DNA from: Eledone cirrhosa
Lineage: Eukaryota
Length of the DNA: 64,000 bases
Reading direction: 5' to 3'
NCBI GenBank assembly: GCA_964016885.1
Contig: OZ024761.1
Coordinates: 3,348,001 to 3,412,000 of the forward strand
Of the stretch, positions 53,693 to 64,000 are shown in pieces. Made by a program: the position numbers and the translations under genes. Position 1 is the first letter of the stretch. Every line of letters begins with the position of its first letter. The notes beneath the pieces are model-generated. The model was not told where the DNA came from. It worked only from the letters and a program-made list of their open reading frames with translations, and made no database searches.

Positions 53693-53816
53693 GTAGGAGG
53701 TGAGTTTTATTGTAGCACAATAAAGCAATGCAAATATCGGATAAGTAGCACTCAACAGTTTATAGGACTGGAGTATAAATAATATAAAATCAAAAGATGG
53801 TTAAAAGAGTTCCATG

Positions 53817-53887
53817 TATTTTATTATGCGCATTTCAAAAACAAATATCATCATGGGATGATATTTGCGTTCTCATCAGATAAAATA
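53817..53887 (-). ncRNA. Minimal hammerhead
   Basis: Reverse complement TATTTTAT-CTGATGA-GAACGCAAATATCATC-CCAT-GATGATATTTGTTTTT-GAAAT-GCGC-ATA-ATAAAATA. Confidence 0.78.
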
Positions 53888-54006
53888 GGGAGACATGATA
53901 TGAACAGTGATTTGATTGAGCATATGTTGATTTAACACTTCACTGCTCGCAAGTGTTTTTTAAGCTTCATATCATGTCTCCCTATTTTAACCATCTCTTG
54001 ATGTTA

Positions 54007-54096
<90 letters not shown>

Positions 54097-54142
54097 AGGA
54101 AAAGCGAAGTAGTTTCAGATGTTCAAGTCCTTTAATAATAAT

Positions 54143-54216
54143 GCTGTGATATATATTTCAATGGCGACACTGGCCACACTGTTCTGTGTGCGAGTGTCGT
54201 GACATCATCAGACAGC
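54143..54216 (-). ncRNA. Minimal hammerhead (left arm)
   Basis: Reverse complement GCTGT-CTGATGA-...-GAAAT-ATAT-ATC-ACAGC. Confidence 0.72.
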
Positions 54217-54312
54217 TTGTTACATAATAAGGTTATGTTTCCGAGGCAATCCAAATTGAATCGACATGGGAACGGATGAAATGCGTGCTTTTGGGTTTCT
54301 CACCCGTAACAA

Positions 54313-54386
54313 GCTGTCTGATGATGTCACGACACTCGCACACAGAACAGTGTCGCCAGTGTCGCCATTGAAATATATATCACAAC
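54313..54386 (+). ncRNA. Minimal hammerhead (right arm)
   Basis: GCTGT-CTGATGA-TGTCA-CGACACT...AGTGTCG-CCATT-GAAAT-ATAT-ATC-ACAAC. Confidence 0.7.
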
Positions 54387-54638
54387 ATTATTATTAAAGG
54401 ACTTGAACATCTGAAACTACTTCGCTTTTCCTTATTCGATATTTACTCCGTCACTCCTATGTGGAAAAAGTACGTTGAGTGCTTGAATTGAATTGCATCA
54501 ATATTTACCCTAATATATATATATATATATATATATATCTGTTATATATATATCTGTTATATATATATATATCTGTTATATATATATATATCTGTTATAT
54601 ATATATATATATATCTGTTATATATATATATATATCTG

Positions 54639-54705
<67 letters not shown>

Positions 54706-54748
54706 ATATATATATATATATTTGTGTTAAATAATTTTTCTTCTAAAT

Positions 54749-54783
54749 TTCATTCGCTTTCTTTCTCTTTTTCTCTTCACCAG
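54749..54783 (+). promoter_or_regulatory. Putative 3' splice acceptor of the GPCR coding exon
   Basis: Long polypyrimidine tract ending in caccag. Confidence 0.6.
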
Positions 54784-54877
54784 ATAAGATATTCACCAGA
54801 TAAGATATTCACCAGATAAGATATTCACCAGATAAGATAATCACCAGATAAGATAATCACCAGATAAGATAATCACC
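54778..54877 (+). repeat. 16-bp tandem repeat x6 (caccagataagataWt)
   Basis: Units start at 54778, 54794, 54810, 54826, 54842, 54858. Confidence 0.95.
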
Positions 54878-54888
54878 AAATTGTGAAA

Positions 54889-55956
54889 ATGCTAAACATT
54901 TCTTTGGAGGAAGATGGCGGCGCCGTGGAATATAGCTTACTAAGTCAGTTCGCTCAAAGTTATTGGTATGTCCACGGTTACCTTAGCCTGGTTGTCTGCA
55001 CGTTCGGTATAATAACCAACATTGTCAACATCATTATACTGACGGCGAAGAACATGAGAACTTCAATCAATTGCATCCTTACGGGTATTGCCATTTCTGA
55101 CATTCTTACGATGATATCATACGTTCCGTTTGCTACACATTTCTACATCAAACACGACCTGAGCAGAACACCAGAAAAATATTCATACGGTTGGGTATGG
55201 TTTTTAGTTTTGCACATTGATCTCACGATGACTACACACACGGTATCGATTTGGTTGGCTGTATTTCTAGCAATGCTTCGATACTTTTTCATTATTTCAA
55301 AAGGAAAAGGCGAACGGATACCCAATGTGCAGACAACGGCTTTAATTGTTTGTCTCATCTATGCTGTATCTATGGTCTTAATAATACCCTACTACATCAA
55401 TAACGGTGTGGTTTTATCAGAAACTACGGAAAGCAACAAGAGCATATACCGCCTCACGGATATGGGAATCGGTCATTCAGAACTTTCCGCTATGATTGCT
55501 TTCTGGTCGTATGCCATTATCGGTAAACTACTTCCGTGCGTTCTTATAACCATTTTCGGTGGACTTTTACTGCATACGCTACGAGAGACCAAACAGCGCA
55601 CAAAAATATTACGTAGTTCGTCGGTCGAACAAAGAGTGCGCCAACACTCTCGGACAACGCGCATGTTGCTGGCCATCATAGTTCTATTCCTGTTAACAGA
55701 ATTTCCACAGGGAATCCTCATCGTTTTGAGTATAGTTGTCGATGGATTTTTTAAGACTACTTATGTATTACTTGGTGACGTCATGGATATAATTGCATTA
55801 ATTAATAACGCAATCAATTTCCTGTTTTACTGCACCATGAGTCAGCACTTTCGAAACCATTTTGTTGAAATGGTTCGAACCTCACTGAAAGCCTGTTTCA
55901 GATATGCTTACAATAAAGACGACATTGGTAAAACAACAACCACATCTATGCTTTGA
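54889..55956 (+). CDS. Class A neuropeptide-receptor-like GPCR (dmsr-1/myosuppressin/sex-peptide-receptor-like), 355 aa
   Basis: Intact ORF with 7 hydrophobic segments; N-terminal NIS sequon; HGYLS.VVC.FG...N, HT.SIWL...LA..RY, RTT.ML, EFPQG and NFLFYC.MS..FR motifs. Confidence 0.9.
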   Translation: MLNISLEEDGGAVEYSLLSQFAQSYWYVHGYLSLVVCTFGIITNIVNIIILTAKNMRTSINCILTGIAISDILTMISYVPFATHFYIKHDLSRTPEKYSYGWVWFLVLHIDLTMTTHTVSIWLAVFLAMLRYFFIISKGKGERIPNVQTTALIVCLIYAVSMVLIIPYYINNGVVLSETTESNKSIYRLTDMGIGHSELSAMIAFWSYAIIGKLLPCVLITIFGGLLLHTLRETKQRTKILRSSSVEQRVRQHSRTTRMLLAIIVLFLLTEFPQGILIVLSIVVDGFFKTTYVLLGDVMDIIALINNAINFLFYCTMSQHFRNHFVEMVRTSLKACFRYAYNKDDIGKTTTTSML

Positions 55957-56058
55957 TAAACATGTCTCGTTGTAGATGTTGTTGTTATTTTTCTACCAGT
56001 TAAAATATTTCAAATACACAACTGCTACTACTGCTGCTGCTCCTATTCTTACTAATAC

Positions 56059-56512
56059 GGCGTGTGATTGGCAGAATCGGTAGAGCGTCCGATAAAATAC
56101 CATAGCGGTATTTGTTACGGTTCTTTACATTCTGAATTCAAATCCTGCCGAGGTTAGCTTTGCCCTTCATCTTTATGAGGGTCGAAAAAATAAAGTACCA
56201 GTAATGCACTGGGTTGATTTAATCGACATGCCCCCCCCCCCCCCCCCAAAAAAACAATTGTTGGCCTTGTGCCTAAATCAGAAACCTTTATTAGGGCGGT
56301 AGATTGGTAGAATCGGTAGAGCATCGGACAAGATGCTTTTGCAGCATTTTTTCTGACTCTTTACGTTCTGAGTTCAAATCTCGCCGAGGTCCACTTTGCC
56401 TTTCATCCTACTGAGGTTGATAAATAAAGTACCAGTGAAATACTGGAGTCGATTTAATCGTTTTCTCACCCACCCCTTTAAAATTGCTGGTCTTGTGCCT
56501 ATTTTAGAGACC
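56059..56512 (+). mobile_element. Two tRNA-derived SINE copies
   Basis: Heads at 56059 and 56295, each with a B box and body. Confidence 0.85.
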
Positions 56513-56717
56513 ATTATAACTACTACTGCTGCTGATGATGATGGTGAATATATACAACTACAACTGTTATTATTAGTGATATCCGCCATTGTGTTTGTCG
56601 CTACTGTTGCTTCCATCCTGTTATTACAAACTTTCGTACTTTCGTCACTGACATTGGAATATATATTTAATGACTTATTACAAACATGAACATCTTCCCA
56701 CCACAAAACACAGACAA

Positions 56718-56748
<31 letters not shown>

Positions 56749-56862
56749 CATGTATATGAATGGAAGTATGTACACGTAGCTGTGGTAGGCCGAAAAATAA
56801 TATATATTTATATATATATCAATAATATTAATAAATGGAAACTATCTTTATAAAACCATATT

Positions 56863-56923
56863 TATTTTATTATATATATTTCAAGGGTACCAACATTTTG
56901 GTACGCTCTCATCAGATAAAATA
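56863..56923 (-). ncRNA. Minimal hammerhead
   Basis: Reverse complement TATTTTAT-CTGATGA-GAGCGTACCAA-AATG-TTGGTACCCTT-GAAAT-ATAT-ATA-ATAAAATA. Confidence 0.78.
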
Positions 56924-57218
56924 CAAAAGTTGTTTTATAAATAGTGACATATCCAAAAAACAAGAACTAATAGTGAAGGAAATTTCAAATCTTAGGATGA
57001 ATATGTTAATGAGGCTAACTTAAAGTTGTAAAAAATCGTTATATTTAGACGCTAGGTAAATTTAAATAATTATTAGGATAGTTGTGTTTTATAAGGGAAG
57101 AAGAGAGATAGGTTAATATTAATATTAGGGTGTAAGAAAATTTAAGGAATGAATATAAGAAAAAAAAATATTATAGTTAGAAATAGACTATTATTATTAA
57201 TATATAATATATATAGAG

Positions 57219-57403
57219 GGCGGTGGATTGGCAGTATCGGTAGAGGGTCGGACGCCATGCTTTCCAGCATAGTTATGTCCCCTTACGATATGAGTTCAAA
57301 TCCCGCCGAGGTTGACTTTGCCTCTCATCCTTACGGGGTCGATAAAATAAAGTACTAGTAATGCACTGGGTAATTGCTGGCCTTGTGCCTAAAGTAGAAA
57401 CAA
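57219..57403 (+). mobile_element. tRNA-derived SINE
   Basis: Full-length; attattaatatataat on both sides. Confidence 0.9.
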
Positions 57404-58132
57404 TTATTAATATATAATTGTATGGATCATATCAGTGATGGTGTAAAGAGAGTGAAATAATTATATTTATTTATTTAATTATATATTTTGGTAGTATCTA
57501 TAAAATAATATGAGAATTATAAATGTGTTGAAGTGGTAGAATACCAATTTAAATTTTTTTTTTAATTAAGAGATACTACTAATTATTGGATCTATTCTGA
57601 TCGTAAGTATTAATATTATATAGATAAAATTTATAAGTATATTTCATGAATAATTAAGGTTGTAAGTATATTTTATTTTATTATACTATAACAGGTTATT
57701 TATACAAATATTTATATAAATAATTTAGGTGAGTATATATGTTGTTTTTATCAATATATAGATAATTTAAATATTTTTATATATGATAAGGGTTTCGATA
57801 AATTTCTTGTTTAGGTTTTCAATATATATTTAAGAAAAGGGAAGTAGTTCTGATTTTATTATAGAAGATTATTTTGTACATTCTATAGTTCCATCAAGAT
57901 ACATTTACAAACTTTACGAAGTTAACGAAATTATACACAAAATTTTTTTTTAAATATCCTAATAATTATTTAAATTTACCTAGCGTCTAAATATAACGAT
58001 CTTTTTCAACTTTACGTTAACCTCATTAACATATTCATCCTAAGATTTGAAATTTCTTTCACTATTCAAACAAAACTTAAAACGATTAGTTCTTCTTTTT
58101 TGGACATGTCACTATTTTTAAAACAACTTATG

Positions 58133-58193
58133 TATTTTGTCTGATGAGGGCATACCAAAATTTTCGTTCTTTTGAAATATATATAATAAAATA
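58133..58193 (+). ncRNA. Hammerhead with decayed stem II
   Basis: TATTTTGT-CTGATGA-...-GAAAT-ATAT-ATA-ATAAAATA. Confidence 0.55.
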
Positions 58194-58328
58194 AATATGG
58201 TTTTATAAATATAGTTTCCATTTATTAATATCATTGATATTATACTCCAGAAGAAATTCTGGACAGTGCTTCGAATCTTTTATGAATAAATTTGTTGAAA
58301 AACCATCCAATTAAATAACCCTTTGCTT

Positions 58329-58462
<134 letters not shown>

Positions 58463-58562
58463 TATACAATATAGATATTTATATACATATATATATATAT
58501 ATATGTGTGTGGTGTGTGCGTGTATAAGCAAAGAGTTATTTAATTTGTTGGTTATTCAACAA

Positions 58563-58621
<59 letters not shown>

Positions 58622-58631
58622 CAATATGTAT

Positions 58632-58695
<64 letters not shown>

Positions 58696-58751
58696 AATAT
58701 ATATATATATATATATATATTTGTATACAATATGTATATATATATATATGT

Positions 58752-58915
58752 AGGAAAAAGTAGAAACCCCGACGGCAGAGCTCAAGCTATTTCGACGGCT
58801 ATTGAGCTCAGTCGTCGGGGTCTTACTTTTTCCTATTACCCACTCTACTACACTAAGTATTGAGTACTCTGGTGCGTTATTGTCCATCTGTCTCCTTACC
58901 ACAACTCCTTCGTTA
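58752..58915. repeat. Fold-back (TA)n-embedded element
   Basis: Arms at about 58752-58785 and 58802-58836; same family as 21930-22070. Confidence 0.65.
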
Positions 58916-58923
58916 TATATTTA

Positions 58924-58971
<48 letters not shown>

Positions 58972-59082
58972 TATATATGGATATATGTACAATATGTATG
59001 TATATATATACAATATGTATCTACATATATATATATATGGATATATATACAATAAGTATGTGTATATATACAATATGTATGG

Positions 59083-59155
<73 letters not shown>

Positions 59156-59307
59156 TATAATATATATATATATATTTTTTTTTGTATATATAAAAACATC
59201 GTAAGGAGAGAATGTACTATTTTTACATTATATATATATATATATATAATGTGAAAACAATATTCTTTTCTTACGATGTACGGGCAAAATTTTCTTTTCA
59301 GTGTTTG

Positions 59308-62300
59308 TATTAACTCTAATATGTTAACTCTAGTGTGTTAACTCTACTATGTTAACTCTACTGTGTTAACTCTACTGTGTTAACTCTACTGTGTTAACTC
59401 TACTATGTTAACTCTACTATATTAACTCTACTATGTTAACTCAACTACGTCAACTCTACTATGTTAACTCCACAATGTTAACTATACTATGTTAACTCTA
59501 CTATATTAACTCTACTATGTGAACTCTACTATGTTAACTCTACTATGTTAACTCTACTATTTTAACTCTACTATGTTAACTCCACTATATTAACTCTAGC
59601 ATGTTAACTCTACTATATTAACTGTACTATGTTAACTCTTCTATATTAACTCTACTATGTTAACTCTACTAAGTTAACTCTACTGTGTCATATCTACTGC
59701 GTTAACTCTACTGTGTTACCTCTACTATGTTAACACTACTACATTAACTCTACTATATTAACTCTACTATGTTAACTCTACTATATTAACTCTGGCATGT
59801 TAACTCTACTATATTAACTCTACTAAGTTAACTCAACTATGTTAACTCTACTGTTTTAACTCTACTATATTAACTCTACTATATTAACTCTAGCATGTTA
59901 ACTCTACTATGTTGACTCTACAATGTTAACTCTACTATGTTAACTCTACTATATTAGCCCTACTATGTTAACTCTACTGTGTTAACTCTACTTTGTTAAC
60001 TCTACTACGTTAACTCTACTATATTAACTCGACTAAGTTAACTCAACTATGTTAACACTACTGTTTTAACTCTACTATGTTAACTCTACTATATTAACAC
60101 TACTGTGTTAACTCTACGATGTTAACTCTACTATGTTAACTCTACTATGTTAATCCTACTACGTTAATTCTACTATCTTACACCTACTCTGTTAACTCTA
60201 CTATATTAACACTACTGTGTTAAGTCTACTGTGGTAACTCTACTATATTAAATCTACTATATTAAATCTACTATATTAAATCTACTATATTAACTCTACT
60301 ATGTTAACTCTACTGTTTTAACTCTACTGTGTTAACTCTACTATATTAGCTCTACTATGTTAACTCTACTGTGTTAACTCTACTATAGTAACTCTACTAT
60401 GTTAACTCTACTATATTAACTCTACTGTGTTAACTCTACTGTGTTACTTCTACTGTGTTAACTCTACTATATTAACTCTACAGTGTTATCTCTATTATGT
60501 TAACTCTACTATATTAACTCTACTATGTTAACTCTACTATGTTAACTCTACTATGTTAACTCTACTATGTTAAATCTACTATATTTGCTCTACTATGTTA
60601 ACACTACTATGTTAACTCTACTGTGTTAACTCTACTGTGTTAACTCTACTGTGTTAACTCTACTATGTTAAGTTTACTGTGTTAACTCAATGTTAAGTCT
60701 ACTATGTTAACTCTACTATGTTAACTCTACTATGTTACCTCTACTATATTAGCTCTACTATGTTAACTCTACAATGTTAACTCTACTGTGTTAACTCTAC
60801 TATATTAACTCTACTATGTTAACTCTACTATATTAACTCTACTGTGTTAACTCTACTATATTAACTCTACTATGTTAACTCTATTGTGTAAACTGTACTG
60901 TGTTAACTCTACTATATTAACTCTACTGTGTTAACTCTACTATGTTAACTCTACTATGTTATCTCTACTATATTAACTCTACTATGTTAACTCTACTATG
61001 TTAACTCTACTATGTTAACACTACTATGTTAACTCTACTATGTTAACTCTACTGTGTTAACTCTACTATGTTAAGTCTATTGTGTTAACTCTATGTTAAG
61101 TCTACTATGTTAAGTCTACTATGTTAACTCTATTATGTTAACTCTACGATATTAACTCTACTATGGTAACTCTACTATGTTAACTCTACTATGTTAACTC
61201 TACTCTATTAACTCTACTATGTTAACTTTACTATATTAACCATCTATATTAACTCTACTGTGTTAACTGTACTCTATTAACTCTACTATGTTAACTCTAC
61301 TATGTTATGTCTACTATGTTAACTCTACTATATTTACTCTACTATGTTAACTCTACTATGTTAACTATACTCTATTAACTCTACTATGTTAACTCTACTA
61401 TATTAACTCTACTATGTTCACTCTACTATGTTAACTATACTATGTTAACTCTACTATATTAGCTCTACTATGTTAACTTTACTACGTTATCCCTACTGTG
61501 TTACCTTTACTATGTTAACGCTACAGTGTTAACTCTACGATATTAACTCTACTGTGTCAACTCTACTGTGTTAACTCTACTGTGTTAACTCTACTATGTT
61601 AACTCTATTATGTTATCTCTACTATAGTAACACTACTATGTTAACTCTACTATGTTAACTCTACTATGTTAACACTACTATGTTAACTCTACTGTGTTAC
61701 CTCTACTATGTTAACTCTACTGTGTTAACTCTACGATATTAACCCTACTGTGTTAACTCTACTGTGTTACCTCCACTATATTAAATCTACTGTGTTAACT
61801 CTACTATGTTAACTCTACTGTGTTAACTCTACTGTGTTAACTCTACTGTGTTAACTCTACTGTATTAACTCTACTATATTAACTCTAGCATGTTAACTCT
61901 ACCATGTTAACTCTACTATGTTAACTCTACTATATTAGATCTACTATGTTAACTCTACTATAGTAGCTCTACTATGTTAACTCTACTATGTTAACTCTAC
62001 TCTATTAACTCTACTATGTTTCTCTACTATGTTAACTCTATGTTAAGTCTACTATGTTAACTCTACTATATTAAGTCTACTATGTTAACTCAACTATGTT
62101 AACTCTACTATATTAACTCTATGTTTACTCTACTATGTTATCTCTATTATGTTAACTCTACTATGTTAACTCTACTATATTAACGCTACAGTGTTAACTC
62201 TGCTATATTAACACTACTGTGTTAACTCTACTGTGTTAACTCTACTGTGTTAACTCTGCTATATTAACTCTACTATGTTAACTCTACTATGTTAACTCTA

Positions 62301-64000
62301 CTATGTTATCTCTACTGTCTTACCTCTACTATGTTAACTCTACTATATTATCTCTACTATATTAACTCTACTATATTAACTCTACTATATTAACTCTACT
62401 ATGTTAACTCTACTATATTAACTCTACTATATTAACTCTACTATATTAACTCTACTATGTTCACTCTACTATGTTAACTCTACAATGTTAATTCTACTAT
62501 GTTAACTCTACTATATTAGCTCTACTGTGTTAACTCTACTACGTTATCTCTACTGTGTTACCTTTACTATGTTAACTCTACAGTGTTAACTCTACTATGT
62601 TAACTCAACTTTATTTGCTCTACTATGTTAACTCTACTATATTAGCTCTACTATGCTAACTCTACTATGTTATCTCTACTATGTTAACTCAACTACGTCA
62701 ACTCTACTATGTTAACTCCACAATGTTAACTATACTATGTTAACTCTACTATATTAACTCTACTATGTGAACTCTACTATGTTAACTCTACTATGTTAAC
62801 TCTACTATTTTAACTCTACTATGTTAACTCCACTATATTAACTCTAGCATGTTAACTCTACTATATTAACTGTACTATGTTAACTCTTCTATATTAACTC
62901 TACTATGTTAACTCTACTAAGTTAACTCTACTGTGTCATATCTACTGCGTTAACTCTACTGTGTTACCTCTACTATGTTAACACTACTACATTAACTCTA
63001 CTATATTAACTCTACTATGTTAACTCTACTATATTAACTCTGGCATGTTAACTCTACTATATTAACTCTACTAAGTTAACTCAACTATGTTAACTCTACT
63101 GTTTTAACTCTACTATATTAACTCTACTATATTAACTCTAGCATGTTAACTCTACTATGTTGACTCTACAATGTTAACTCTACTATGTTAACTCTACTAT
63201 ATTAGCCCTACTATGTTAACTCTACTGTGTTAACTCTACTTTGTTAACTCTACTACGTTAACTCTACTATATTAACTCGACTAAGTTAACTCAACTATGT
63301 TAACACTACTGTTTTAACTCTACTATGTTAACTCTACTATATTAACACTACTGTGTTAACTCTACGATGTTAACTCTACTATGTTAACTCTACTATGTTA
63401 ATCCTACTACGTTAATTCTACTATCTTACACCTACTCTGTTAACTCTACTATATTAACACTACTGTGTTAAGTCTACTGTGGTAACTCTACTATATTAAA
63501 TCTACTATATTAAATCTACTATATTAAATCTACTATATTAACTCTACTATGTTAACTCTACTGTTTTAACTCTACTGTGTTAACTCTACTATATTAGCTC
63601 TACTATGTTAACTCTACTGTGTTAACTCTACTATAGTAACTCTACTATGTTAACTCTACTATATTAACTCTACTGTGTTAACTCTACTGTGTTACTTCTA
63701 CTGTGTTAACTCTACTATATTAACTCTACAGTGTTATCTCTATTATGTTAACTCTACTATATTAACTCTACTATGTTAACTCTACTATGTTAACTCTACT
63801 ATGTTAACTCTACTATGTTAAATCTACTATATTTGCTCTACTATGTTAACACTACTATGTTAACTCTACTGTGTTAACTCTACTGTGTTAACTCTACTGT
63901 GTTAACTCTACTATGTTAAGTTTACTGTGTTAACTCAATGTTAAGTCTACTATGTTAACTCTACTATGTTAACTCTACTATGTTACCTCTACTATATTAG
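59308..64000. repeat. 14-bp satellite (gttaactctactat)n, runs off the window end
   Basis: Direct reading; more than 330 units. Confidence 0.97.

Larger units (their letters stand above)
54092..54437. repeat. Fold-back with 132-bp arms and 82-bp spacer
   Basis: 54092-54223 vs 54306-54437, few mismatches. Confidence 0.92.
56816..58240. mobile_element. Element with about 265-285 bp diverged inverted arms
   Basis: 56816-57080 vs 57955-58240; same family as the 52027 fold-back. Confidence 0.8.

Noticed and set aside
54883-54888. GTG start given by the ORF track
   Set aside because: Eukaryotic context; the ATG at 54889 has A at -3

Overview
Repeat-dense animal genomic DNA, most likely an octopus or other coleoid cephalopod (inferred from the SINE and microsatellite landscape), with one 200-N gap. 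The only intact host gene is a single-coding-exon class A GPCR of the dmsr-1/myosuppressin-receptor-like group (54889-55956, +). The rest is decayed non-LTR retrotransposons (Penelope-like, RTE, R4/Dong-like, L1/Tx1, CRE-like), about 13 copies of one tRNA-derived SINE, two non-autonomous Helitrons, a possible solo LTR, and micro-, mini- and larger satellites. Most ORFs in the supplied track are translated microsatellites. The main unannotated signal is about 18 Type I minimal hammerhead-ribozyme motifs. Most lie in short ORF-less elements embedded in (TA)n, often as fold-backs with a ribozyme in each arm, and they cluster around the GPCR exon. All coordinates and family calls were read by eye; no searches were run.
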